Shown: positions 49,608-62,284 of the stretch, piece by piece
How positions within the stretch are numbered: the first letter of the stretch is position 1
How the letters are laid out: every line of letters starts with the position of its first letter
Origin: Octopus bimaculoides
Lineage: Eukaryota
Reading direction: 5' to 3'
DNA: 64,000 bases
Assembly (NCBI RefSeq): GCF_001194135.2
Contig: NC_069001.1
Span: 24,080,580-24,144,579 of the forward strand
Notes under the pieces: generated by a model
Told to the model about the DNA's origin: nothing
The model's input: the letters and a program-made list of their open reading frames with translations, nothing else
The model's database searches: none
Program-made: the position numbers and the translations under genes

Positions 49608-51768
49608 CAGCCACACCTGTACCTATTCACAAATTTCTTATGTCTGAAGTTTTGTTAAATAAATAATTACAGATAGATGCCATGTTATTTAGAGAAGCAT
49701 TTAATGAAGGCCTGCAAGCAACCATGCACATCAAGTGTGTGTGTGTTAGTGGAGGGTCATGTGTACATGAAAGAGATCTAAATACTTTCAAGTATTATGC
49801 CAAATAAGGGTTGTATAAGAATTAATTACCAAAAAAATGTCGATCATAGAGTTTTGTCTCAGTATTTATTGAAGCAGTATCACAAGGACAAATAATATTC
49901 TGGTATTTCCTTGATTTACAAATTATTCAGATGTATTTGTGGCATAATGGTGTAACAAATCACTTCTTGGATTTGATCTCAAAGCATTCCTCTCTAGAAT
50001 CAAATCCATACTTCATCAATTTAATCTTATTTGTTAAAACACGGTGCAGTTTGTGACGAACACCACAAAAGTTGATTACTTCACCTACAGACTTATATCT
50101 CAGCCAATCACTTTTGACAGCAGAATCGATTAGTGTTAGTGCTGATCAAAGGGAACTTGTCTAGTTTTTGTACTAAAATCCTAAGAGAAGTTTCTTGAAG
50201 TTTTTTGTGCATTCATAAAAAAAAGTAGATTTTTTTTCAACATTCCCCAGAGCTATCTTGTTTACTGTCAGACTGAGTGTCTCTTTGATCCATAATGTGC
50301 AAGTTGATTTCTCATCATCTCCCCCCCTTCTCTCTCCAATTCAAACACATTTTCATCCACTCACTAAAGTTTTCTTTTCTTACATTTCTCTCCATGTTTC
50401 TAATAGAGATCTAAATGTATTTCTATGCTGCATTATCCTAAGTACTTGCTTTTCACACAGCACAACACACACACACACACACACACACGTGCATGAAACT
50501 CCTTCTTTGTGGCATCCAAACATTGTTTTATATCTCTATCGAGTCATCACTTTTGATATTTTGCTGAATCAGCCACTATTTCAACAAAATCAAATATATT
50601 TATACCTTTTAGTTTACAAATTCGTCTTTGCCTTTGTTCATTCTTTTAATTGCCATAAAAATCAAATTTTTATCATGTCTAAAATAACTTATGTGTTCTT
50701 CATTTCTAAACCATGAGCCCTTAACCCCAATAGCTCCTCTGCTGCAACTGTAATAGAACTAATCTAAAAGGTGGCCCTTCAAGTTTCCCAATCACAATGG
50801 GTTTCTTATGTTCACCCAAATACATCTTTTACTCCCATGCATGAAATCTTTAATCGTTTATTTTTTACTCATTTCACTCATTAGACCGCGGCCATGCTGG
50901 GGCACAGCTTTGAAGAATTTTTTGCCCAATGAATCAACCCCAGTACTTCTGTTTTAAGCCTGGTACTTATCCTATCGATCTCTTTTGCTCAACTGCTAAG
51001 TTATGGTGATGCAAACACACCCAGTGCCAGTTGTCAGGTGATGGTGAGGGCAAACACAGACACAAACACACACACATATGGCAGGCTTCTTTTAGTTTCG
51101 GTCTACCAAATCCACTTTGGTTGGCCTGAAGCTTTGGTTGGCCTGAGGCTATAGAAGAGGACACTTGCCCAAGGTGTCACACAGTGGGGATGAACCCAGA
51201 ACCCATGTGGTTGGGAAGCAAGCTTCTTTCCACACAGCCATGCCTGTGCCTATATATATATGCGATGGGCTTCTTTCAGTTTCCATCTACCAAATCCACT
51301 CACAAATCTTTTGCTGGTCCTGAGCTATAGTAGAAGACACTTGACTACGGTGCTTCACAGTGGGACTGAACACAGAACCAGGTGGTTGGGAAGCAAACTT
51401 CTGGCCACACAGCCACACCTGTGCATGCACACAAAATTCTTATAAATATGCCTGAAGCCTTTTTAAATAAATAAATTTAGATAGAGGCCATGTGATTTAA
51501 AGAAGCATGTAACGGGGGCCTGAAAACAATCACGTACATCAAGTGTGTGTGTTTGTGGAGTGTCATGTTTACATGAAAGAGATCCAAATGCTTTCAAGTA
51601 TGATGCTAGGTCAAATAATGGTTGTATAAAAATTAATTACCAAAAAAATGTTGATGATAGAATGTTGTCTCAGTATTTAACATCAGTAATGGATTTTTCA
51701 ATTACCTTTATTGAAGCCGTATCACAAGGACAAATAATATTCTGACATTTCATTGATTTACAAATTAT
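49608..51768 (+). repeat. Diverged direct duplication (49608-49927 and 51408-51768)
   Basis: Shared blocks such as ACATCAAGTGTGTGTG, TACATGAAAGAGATC, AATTAATTACCAAAAAAATGT and TATCACAAGGACAAATAATATTCTG. Confidence 0.8.
50870..51425 (-). mobile_element. Two tandem family B SINE copies (full 50870-51250, 5' half 51262-51425)
   Basis: Shared sequence; 17-bp internal duplication at ~51115-51148. Confidence 0.75.
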
Positions 51769-52476
51769 TTTTCCAAGGCCTTTAACCTGTTCCATGTCTT
51801 GGTGTCAGGAACGTTTATTGACAATTTGGAGTCAATAAGAATCTGGAGAAGGAATATTACCAACAGAACAGGTTACCAACTTCCCAATTATATTGTTACT
51901 ATTAGCATTAGAATAATAATAAAGTGAATGTACTTTTACGAAATTAACATTATCTGCTGTAGAATATTTATTATCATTAAGGACAAAATAGTACTTTTAC
52001 GGATTTACACACAGAGTATTTCATGATGGACAATGAATAATTCTCACCACGTGATAGATGGATTTACAAGAGAAATATTTATGGTGTTCAATGAAAATAC
52101 TTATTTTTATTTGTCTAATCTTGTTTTATTAACAAGTGGTAATCATATGGGCCATTGCCAAGAACATATAGTTTCTTCTGCTCCTCCTTACTTCTTCATT
52201 TCTCTCTTTTCGAAATCAGAAAGTCTACAGTCAGGAATTCACTCACTCTGCATTTCTTCCTTGTTATGAAAAACTAAAATCTATAAACTATGTACATTTA
52301 TTATCTGTTTAATAAATTTTGTCCTTGTGACCTTTTCCCTGGATTTCCACTACTGATATAATATGATCTTATTTGAGTAATCTATTGGGTTTCACTAGAC
52401 TTTCATCATACTGAATATCATAATAATAACAATAATAATAATAATGATGATGATGAAGATGATGACGACGACGATG

Positions 52477-52515
<39 letters not shown>

Positions 52516-52699
52516 GCAGTACAAGACAGTGACTCTCATGGCTTCTGATCTTATATATTGGTATATTGGGCTTTGTATACAGTTCTATATTTAAGAGATG
52601 AGGAATTATGTACATTAGCTACATTATTTACAAACAAGATAAGGACAAATATCTGTCAAGTGTAAATAATGTAAATAATGGGCTTTGTATATTTGTACC

Positions 52700-52747
52700 C
52701 CAATAGTTTTAATTGAGAAAGAAAACAAGCGATGCTGGATCATAGGT
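52700..52747 (+). mobile_element. Short R4/Dong-type endonuclease fragment
   Basis: PIVLIEKENKRCWII resembles the PD-IV motif region of RLE domains. Confidence 0.45.
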
Positions 52748-52822
52748 ATGCGACAAAACAATGTACATGATAACACTTCCAATCCATTAAGATCAGAAGC
52801 CATGAGAGCCACTGCCTGGTAC

Positions 52823-52867
<45 letters not shown>

Positions 52868-53602
52868 CATCATTATTATTATAGATGTTGTTATTTATCC
52901 ACCATGTTCATATTTCCCTTTAGGTGAGCCAAAGAGGAACTTCTAAATGGTTGTTTCATATGCCAAGAATAACTGCTGGATTTCCTAAATAAATAAAGGA
53001 CCATTTTCATGAGAGGTCCTAGATATATTTCTTTCCCAGATTTTGCAAATCCTGTTGGAAATATAAGAACACTAACTTGACATATAATTTTATGTCCTGA
53101 AGTTTCTCGATTTTCTCAATGTTTTTTTTTATAATAGGAAGTCTATTATCTCACTCTTTTTTTGTTACCCTGCATGCATAAGTGAAAACAGAGTATTGTA
53201 GTCACTCATCTTCGTCTGTGTGTTTGCAAAATTACTGGAAAATGGCTGAATGGATTTTCACCAAATTTAGCAGAAACACTCATTGAGTGAGTGGCTCAAA
53301 TTCATTACATTTTGGTTTGATTATCTTCAAAACTGATGAACGAGTGAATCAAAATGTTTTTTCTTTCCTTTGTTACATATGCATAAACATTTACCAAGGG
53401 AAGTAACTCTTGATATAATTTTGTTGAAATACGGATTCATCTGAGAACATATTGAATTAAATTTTATTTTATCCTTGTGTATGCGCAGGGTATGCATTGC
53501 CCCCTCCGATACCATTTTTTATAGTTTTTTTTTTCTCCTCTATGTTCATATCTACCGTTGCTTCAATGGTTGGCACATACTTTCATCATCATCATCATCA
53601 TC

Positions 53603-53820
53603 AAGGCAGTGAGCTGGCAAAATCATTAGCATGCTGGGTAAAATGCCTGGTGGCATTTTGTGCATCTTTACATTCTGAGTTCAACTTCTGCTAAAGTTGA
53701 CTTTGCCTTTCATCCACTTTTGGGATCGATGAAATAAGTACCAGTGAAATACTGGGGTTGATGTAATTGATTATTCCCTTCACCCAAAATTTCAGGCTTT
53801 GTGCCTTTAATAAAAAGGAT
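53603..53820 (+). mobile_element. SINE family A
   Basis: Shared sequence. Confidence 0.8.
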
Positions 53821-55499
53821 TATTATTATTGTTGCTGTTGTTGGCTCTGATGAAGTAGAAAAAAGGATTTAAAGCATCCCATGCCAGGACATTTCCAACC
53901 TTCTCGCAGCGTTAAATGTATCCTTCTTTTTTCATGATGTTAGTGCGTATTATGAAGGGTATTTTATTGTTGTTTTTAGCAGATCAAACAGCTATATAGC
54001 AGCTCCTACATTAGCTTGCTCCATTTAATATAAATCTATTCAATAAAAATACTTAATGGAAGTGGATGAGGGTGGTAGTATATTTATTTTAAATAAGCCC
54101 CCAAAATATTTAATCAGTTGAAATTGTTTCCATAATACAGAGAAAAGCATTTTTAGTGTTAATGGCAATACTCATCAGGAAAAGCAAGGGAGACAACCCA
54201 GAAACCCAAATTGGGGGAAAAACAATGAATAAGTATATACAATAGGGAATAAGAATCTACAAATACCATCATTACTGTGACCTATATCTTGGTAAGTCTG
54301 ATTTTTCTGAATTATTTTTGTTCCAGATATCAGAAATATATTTCAGTTTATAATTGGATATTCTTTTTTATTGTTGTCTTCTCTATAGTATTTAGGTAAA
54401 GTATTATAAAGGACTTGGACATTTATACAAGCAAAATGTGACAAGATTTCTTTCTTTTACTTTAGGACATTCTGTTCTCTTACCAACAAAACAATATTCA
54501 AAATACCTTCAGACACTTTCTTTCCATTTGGTGCCATTGTTATTAGAATTAGAAAGAATGTAAAAAAATCCTATTGTATTCCCAAGACCATATTTTTAGT
54601 TGTCACCATTATGAATAGCAAGTACACCAACACTTTTTTTATATTTTTTCCAGTCTTTTCTATCTACCAGTCTACTGATGTAGACGGAGTCTCTGCATTG
54701 CTTCAAATCTATATTTATAAGTAACCATGTAAGAAAGAAATATTTGAATAATAATAATTAGTCATACAACTGTAGCTAATGAACAACCTACAATATGTAT
54801 AACAACTAATACATTATTCTGTATTATTTAATTCAAATCTAATTCCGACGTGGGGTGCTGGTTCAAACTTAAGGCTCTTATTCTATCACAAGATACAATA
54901 TGTGCAGTACATTAGTTCTGCTTTATAGTGACTCTGGTGATACTAAAACTTAACCGATGCACTGGAAGAGGAAGAGAAGGAGCAGCAGGAGAAGGAGATG
55001 CTTGAAAAGACAGAGAAATGAATATAATTAGCTGAGAAGGAGATGAAAGAGAAATAGGAGGAGGTAGGAAAGCCTCAAGTGAGATGAAGATAGTAATAAG
55101 TATTTATTGAAGAAATGAGTTGAAGAAAATCAAGCCAATGAGTAAGTTTCTTCTCTGCCATTGAAAGTGCCAGAAATTGTAGTCAAATCACTCAAATAAC
55201 ACCATATTGCATTGAAAAAGGAAGGACACATTGATTGCTGTAGTCTTAGACATATTGTGTGTAGTTTAGTCAGAAAAAGAAGGAAAATACCTGTAGTATT
55301 GATGTATAGCTGTCTGGTTGAAAAGCATACTTCCCAACCATGTGGTCTTAGGTTCAGCCCCTCTGTGTGACACTTAGCATAAGTTTTTACTGCAAAAGCC
55401 CCCAGACTGTTGGGAATGAATTTGGTTGGCAGAAACTGAAAGAAGTCTATCGAATGCATATGTGTGTGTGTGTGTGTAGTGCCACCTAAAAGGCACCGA

Positions 55500-55910
55500 G
55501 TACACTCTGCAAAGTGGTTAGCATGAAGAAGGGCTTGCAGCTGTAGAAATTGGACCAAAACAGACACTAGGGCCTGATGTAGCCTTCTGGCTTGCCAGCT
55601 TCTTATTTCTTATTTCTTTATTGCCCACAAGGGGCTAAACAAAGAGGGGACAAACAAAGACAGACAAAGGGATTAAGTCGATTACATCAAACCAGTGCAT
55701 AACTGGTACTTATTTAATCGACCCCGAAAGGATGAAAGGTAAAGTCGACCTCGGCGGAATTTGAGCTTAGAACGTAATGGTAGACGAAATACCGTTAAGC
55801 ATTTCGCCCGGTGTGCTAACAATTCTGCCAGCTCGCCACCTGCCAGCTTCTGTCATACCATCCAACCCATGTCAGCATGGAAAACAGATGTTACACAATG
55901 ATGATGATGG
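55500..55910 (+). mobile_element. RTE 3' end interrupted by a young SINE
   Basis: The UTR continues across the SINE; (GAT)n tail at ~55897-55910. Confidence 0.7.
55604..55840 (-). mobile_element. Young family A SINE (new tail) with 11-bp TSD
   Basis: TGCCAGCTTCT at 55593-55603 and 55841-55851. Confidence 0.9.
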
Positions 55911-56164
55911 TATGTGTCTTTTTGAGTGTGTGTTTTGTTTCAACAAATTCATCTGACCCATGCAAGCATAGAAAGTGGACATTAAAAACTATGATGATAA
56001 TATAGGTCCTTCAGGATGAAAGGGGAAGAAAAAAAGGATTTTTTAAACCAAAAGCCTGTAGCAAAGGCATTCCAGTCATGACCATCCACTTTGGTAAACT
56101 TATGTTAAATGAGGAGACTCATTCATTGAAATTTTTGTGATGATAAGGAAGAGGACGGGAAACA

Positions 56165-56369
56165 GGATGATGATGATAAACATGAACTTCACCACAACCA
56201 TCAAAACCATCACCACAACCACCATCATCATTCCTGTCATCATCAACATCATCTCGTTGTTGTTGTTATGATCATCAGCACCACCTCCATCACCATCATC
56301 GTTATCATCATCATCATCAGCAGCAGCAGCAGCACCATCACCACCACCACCATCATCACTACCTCCACT

Positions 56370-56400
<31 letters not shown>

Positions 56401-56575
56401 CCATTGTCGTGATGAATACCAGCACCAGCACTACCACCATCACCACCCGACTACCGCCGCCGCCACCACCACCACTACCACCACCATCATCATCACCATT
56501 GTGGTGATGAATACCACCACCACCACCACCACCACCACCACCACCACCACCATCCCCATTGCCATCATCATCATC
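56165..56575. repeat. Compound (ACC/ATC/AGC/GCC)n triplet tract with an internal ~35-bp duplication
   Basis: ATCATCATCACCATTGT(C/G)GTGATGAATACCA occurs at ~56391 and ~56488; a second tract lies at 56768-56835. Confidence 0.9.
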
Positions 56576-57142
56576 TACAGTACATTCTTTCAGACAGCAG
56601 AACCAACTGATTAAGACTGGTTTTTCCCTGACTAAAACAGTTCAATTGCTCTCTGTTCGTATTTCATCAGAGCAGCAGACTAAATATATCTGAAAGATTA
56701 TGCCCGGATGATCAAATGATCAAGCTTCAGTCCTGCATGCCAACACCAATACCACATTTCCGATGTCAGCACCACCACCACCAGCACCACCAGCAACAAT
56801 ACCACCACCACCACAACCACCACCACCACCACCATATCCCAGATCATATATTTGTACAAACTTTGGCAAACATTGTACTAAAGCTGGTGAATTTAAAAGC
56901 TGCTCGACATCTTGTATTACAATATTGAGTCAACACTGAATTAATTAAGCCCTCATTAATCTTACAACATTAGATAATTAATAAGTGTTGGATCAACATC
57001 GAACCCTTGACCTTCTTCCTCTGATGAAGTTCACTGGCTTTATAATAAGGCTCAGTCATTAATCCCAATGAATGCCTCGTCTTTCAATAATGCATACATA
57101 TATATACATAGATAAGGACATATACACTATCATAAATACTTT

Positions 57143-57207
<65 letters not shown>

Positions 57208-57475
57208 GCTAAGTGCTTACATTTATACATGTGTACATATTTATATTCATACATACTTAAATACATGCATGCATACAAATATACAAATACGATTGCATAT
57301 ACACAAGCAGTGAAGTATACATATTTACATATACATGCATTTACATATATATGCATACATACATACACACACGTATGTATGTGTGTGTGTGTGTATAAAT
57401 ATTGGATAGTGGTACAACAATGCACCAATATTTACTGGAAATAGCAGTCGCTAACATACAGCGCTATTTGATAAT

Positions 57476-57517
<42 letters not shown>

Positions 57518-57614
57518 TGTCTGTGTGTGTGTGTGTGTGTCTGTCTGTGTGTGTGTGTGTGTGTGTGTGTATGTATATATAACGTATATTCATTTGCACA
57601 TGCTCATTTATATA

Positions 57615-58483
57615 CAGGATAAGGTGAATAAACTGTTGTATAAATAATGCAAAAATGAAAATAACACTGACTTCTCATTTTAAGAGGTATATTTATCAAA
57701 ATTACATAAAAATATCTTGAAATACTAAAGAGGAAATTTATTCAATAAAATCGCCATTGGCTCCAACCATGGCCTCCAGACAACTTCAGAATCTCCGGCA
57801 ATTCTTCTGGACAGTCTCCTTGTTTAACATGGTGAATGCTGCCATAACCCTTGCCTTTAGTTCGTCTTTGGTGTTACAAGGAGTTTTGTTGGTGTCTCAC
57901 ACATAATAATCAAAGGGGTTGCAGTGTGAGTGTGAGGTGGCCAGATGTTAGGGGTGGTGTGGTTGCAGAAATTGTCTGACAGCCATGAGTGGGTTCTCCT
58001 GTTTGTGAGGCATGGTGCAGAGTCCTGTTGCCAGACATAGGTTCATCCAGCAATCACTGTCTTGACCCAGGGCAGCACTATTTCCTCCAGGTACTTGATG
58101 TAGGCCACCATGTTGAGTGTGAGACTGTGTGAGAAGATGAATGGAGGCATAACGTCACCACCACTAAGGATCGCTCCAAACACCATAATGTTGACTGGAT
58201 GTTTGATTTCTTTCACTCTTGGTACATGTCCTCAAATTTCACTGTCCTCAGATTGACATCCAAATGCTTAAATATTTGTACTGGAGCTTCTGGTCCAAAT
58301 GCCAAGCAGTACAGCATGTTGTTTCCGAATTTCTGGCAGACCGAATTGTATCATGGTGCTATCTTTCTCACAGATGGTGCACAACTGACCCTACTGTACT
58401 GTGTAGTCAACAAAATCAAAAACAAACAGTGCGCATGCGAGAAAATAAAAATATAAAATGGCGACAATTTACCCATTGCACAG
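57615..58483 (-). mobile_element. Second internally deleted maT (DD37D) copy
   Basis: Reverse complement of 45541-46425 over most of its length, with different deletion breakpoints. Confidence 0.85.
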
Positions 58484-58549
<66 letters not shown>

Positions 58550-59455
58550 CATACATGCTTATATACATACATGCATACACACACAGAGACAAACATGCAT
58601 CTAGACATATACATACATGCATGTGAGTGTATGTGTGCACATATACATACATGCGCACAGACATACATACAAACATATAAACATAGATTCATACATATAT
58701 ATACATAGATACATACACACACACATGCATACATATATACATAAACAACACACATATATACATACTTACATAGATACATACATACATACACACACATACA
58801 TGTATATATACATACATACATACATACTCCTACACGCAGATAGTACAAATCTCTTAGCTTTAGATATTCACGGACATTGATCATAAAAGGAACCACCACT
58901 TCTAAATATTGCTCTGATATCATGTTTACAACAAATATCACAGACATTTATATGGTATGTCCCTTTTATGATTTGTCTCATGTTATTTCCAACTAAAATA
59001 TATCTCTCTCATAACATTTCTACAGGGTCTCCTTTGTCTGCCATCAACCTTGTACCATTATGTAAATGAGATGTGAAGTGTTGGCTTGGAAAATTGGCAG
59101 CAATGTTAGAATGTCTTACGAAATGTTTTGCTGTATGCTTTGTGTTGCTGGTGCTTTGTGTTGTGTGTTCAAATCTTACTGAGGTCGACTTTGACCTTCT
59201 TTTTCTTGTCTTATCTTTTCTTCTTTCCGTCATTGGAGTCCAGCCATGCTGGAGCACTGCCCCTGAAGAATTTTAGTCACACGTATCAACTCTAGTATTT
59301 ATCATTTTTGTAAAGCCTGGTTCTTACTCTTTCGGTCTCTTTTGCTGAACTGCTATGTTACAGGGAATTAAAGAAATTAACACCAGAGTTGGACACACAC
59401 ACACACACACACAAAGAGACATGCACACACACACACACACACATACATATACATA

Positions 59456-60743
59456 TTGGCTCATCCTATAAATAATGTTTTTTTTCAAATTGCATGAACT
59501 AAAAGTTGGAGGGGGTAGGATAAACTACCTGCATCAACTTGCTATAAAAGCAAGTAGTAATTTTACCTTGCCCTTATTCTTAGTGCAAGTTTTGAAGAGT
59601 GCAGTTCGATTTTAACAGTTATTTTTTCAAAGCTATAATGGAAATGACAAAGGAGCATATTCAGGACATTTTGCTGTATGAGTTCAATAAAGGCAACAAT
59701 GCAATGCAAAGTGCAGGGAATATTAATGAAGTATTTGGAAATTGGACAATAAATGTAAGCCAGTGACAACGGTGGTTCCAGAAATTTCGAGCCGGAAACT
59801 ACAGCCTAGAAGACGAGCCTCATCTTGGAAGATCTGTAGAGCTTGACAAGGATGTCCTGCAAACCCTGGTGGAATAAAATCCCATCGTAACTGTTGAGGA
59901 ACTAGCAGAGAAGCTTGGATTTGGTCATTTAATCATTCATCAGCACCAGCATGCCATCGGAAAAGTCAGCAAATTGGGTCAATGGGTTCGTCACAAATTT
60001 TCCGAGTCTAATCGCATGCAGAGAGTGAATGTGTGCTCTTCTTTGCTGTCATGTTTCACGAATGAACCGTTTTTGGACCGAAGAGTGACCGGTGATGAGA
60101 AATGGGTTCTCTATAAAAATGTCAAGTGCCAAAGACAGTGGGTAGGGAAAGGACAAACACTGGCACCCCAAGCTAAAGAAGGTCTTCACCCATGTAAGGT
60201 GTGGTTATCTGTTTGGTGGGATATGAAAGGTTTAGTCCACTTTGAACTTTTAAACCCAAACCAAATGATAACAAAGGAGATCTACTGTGAGCAGCTTGAG
60301 TGGCTTAAATCAGGGTTAGAAGAAAAACGACCATCTTTGGTTTTGAGACAAAAGGTATGCGTCCATCAGGATAATGCTTGGCCACATAAAAAGCGGATGA
60401 CATTCCAAAGGCTGGAGCAGTTTGAATGAGAAACGATGCTCCACCCTCCATATTCATCAGACATTGCCCCATCTGATTATCCTTTATTCTGCAGTCTTCA
60501 AAATCATTTGGATAGAAGCAAATATGAATTCTGTAAACGAAGTCACAACAGTACTGGAGGTTATTTTTCAGCACGGACAAGTGAATTTTGGAAGAGGGGC
60601 CTTACAAGTCTACCAGATAGATGGAAGAGCATTGTAGAAAATGAGAGAGAGTATATTTTAGATTAGAAAATAACTTTTTTTTACCTTCATTTTGAAAAAT
60701 AAAAGAAATATAAAAAAATGGGATTATTTATGGGATGACCCAA
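59456..60743 (+). mobile_element. Full-length 1288-bp mariner (DD34D) with TIRs and TA duplication
   Basis: TA|TTGGCTCATCCTATAAATAAT...ATTATTTATGGGATGACCCAA|TA. Confidence 0.93.
59638..60666 (+). pseudogene. Mariner transposase pseudogene (343 codons, three in-frame stops)
   Basis: MEMTKEHIQ..RWFQKFRAG..WVRH..VTGDEKW..HQDNA..HPPYSSDIAPSDY..RWKSIVENEREYILD*; 34 residues between the 2nd and 3rd Asp. Confidence 0.92.
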
Positions 60744-60759
60744 TATCATCATTATCATC

Positions 60760-60950
60760 ATTGTTTAGCGTCAGTTTTCCATGCTGGCATGGGCTGGACG
60801 GTTTGATTGGGGTCTGGGAAGCTAGGAGGCTGCACCAAGCCCCAATCTGATCTGGCAGTGCTTCTACAACTGGATGCCCTTCCTAACGCCAACTACTCCG
60901 AGGGTGTAGTGAGTGCTTTTTTCGTGCCACCAGCACAGGGGCCAGAGGAG
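60760..60950 (-). mobile_element. RTE 3' end
   Basis: Shared UTR and tail. Confidence 0.8.
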
Positions 60951-60977
60951 CAGGCATTGACATACATACATACATAC

Positions 60978-61042
<65 letters not shown>

Positions 61043-61044
<2 letters not shown>

Positions 61045-61470
61045 AAGTGGTGCAAAAGGATCTACAAACGTTGGGACTCACAGAGGGGATGACAGAGGAC
61101 CAAGACTCCTGGTGATTTGCTGTGCTTGAAAAGATACATCACGCTAAGTAAAAGCATGGTTGCCCTTGCATACAGGTTCATCCCTTGTAACCCCCACCTG
61201 CTGAGCATCCCTAACCATGCAGGCTTATAAGTTCTGGTACCATTTAAAAAGCACCTGTACCGGTGTTGTGTAAGAACACCTATACTGGTGGTACGTAAAA
61301 GCATCCAGTACCCTTTGTAAAGTGGTTGGCATTAGGAAGGGCGTCCAGTCATAGAAACCATGCTGAAACAGACATGGAGCCTAAACAACACCTCAGCTGG
61401 TCAGTGTCTGTCAAACCGCTCAACCCATACCAGCATGGAAAATGGACATTAAATAATGATGATGGTGATG
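61043..61470 (+). mobile_element. RTE ORF2 C-terminus plus 3' UTR and tail
   Basis: EVVQKDLQTLGLTEGMTEDQDSW*; ends GGACATTAAATAATGATGATGG. Confidence 0.75.
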
Positions 61471-62218
61471 TGTATGTATATATGGATGGATTGATAAGAT
61501 GGTCTCTTTCAAGTTTCCATTTACCAATATCAGTCAAAAGTACTTTTGTTGGCCTGAGGCTATAGTAGAAACACTTGCCCCAAGGAGCTGACATTGGGAA
61601 CTGAACCAGGAACTATGTGGTTTGGAAGTAAACTTCTTACCATGCAGCCACACCTGCACCTAAAAATATATATAAAAATATGGAAATATGGAAATATCAA
61701 TATTTCTGAGTCTCTCTAAAGGTAACTACCACAGCGGTACTGGCTTGGCGATAACTATATGTAAATATGTATATAAATAAATATATCAATATGTATATAA
61801 ATAAAATATGACCTCTCCAGTGCACTGGATTGGCACAATAACTACTGCATTGTACTTTGTGGTAATTAATTTAGCTCCTTGTAGTTTGAGTTCAAACTCC
61901 ATTCAGGGTTAATAAATAATGTACCAATCAAAGGTAAAATTGTCTGAAATCAAACAGGATGTCTTGTGGTGATTCGTCTGGTTCCTGCCATTCTGAGTTC
62001 AAATCTTACTGAAGGTAGTGCAGTGGGAAAATCAATTGCATGACAGATGGTTTGCTTTGCATTAGTTGTTTTGGTTCATTATGGCCTTCTTGGTCGGGAG
62101 TCTTGATCTATCATAAGGTTTGACATCTCAATCTAGCCCTTGGGTGGTTTTAGTGGAAATGAATCTGTTGTGAGCATTTAAGCTGGATTTCTGATTTGAA
62201 TATATACTTTCCTCTCAG

Positions 62219-62284
62219 CAGACCCAGAGGCTCCGAAAAATGTCACTGCCACTGACTATGGGATAAAAGTATCATGTTTGCAAT
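62219..62284 (+). CDS. Candidate 66-nt phase 1-1 coding exon, FN3 N-terminal-like
   Basis: TACTTTCCTCTCAG|CAG acceptor and AAT|GTAAGT donor; open frame xDPEAPKNVTATDYGIKVSCLQ. Confidence 0.35.

Larger units (their letters stand above)
59205..61660 (-). mobile_element. SINE family B split by a stack of insertions
   Basis: 3' half 59205-59400 and 5' half 61495-61660 flank a mariner and two RTE ends. Confidence 0.55.

Noticed and set aside
54240-54330. Consensus donor TTG|GTAAGT followed by an acceptor ~35 nt later
   Set aside because: The implied intron is too short and no good upstream acceptor defines an exon.
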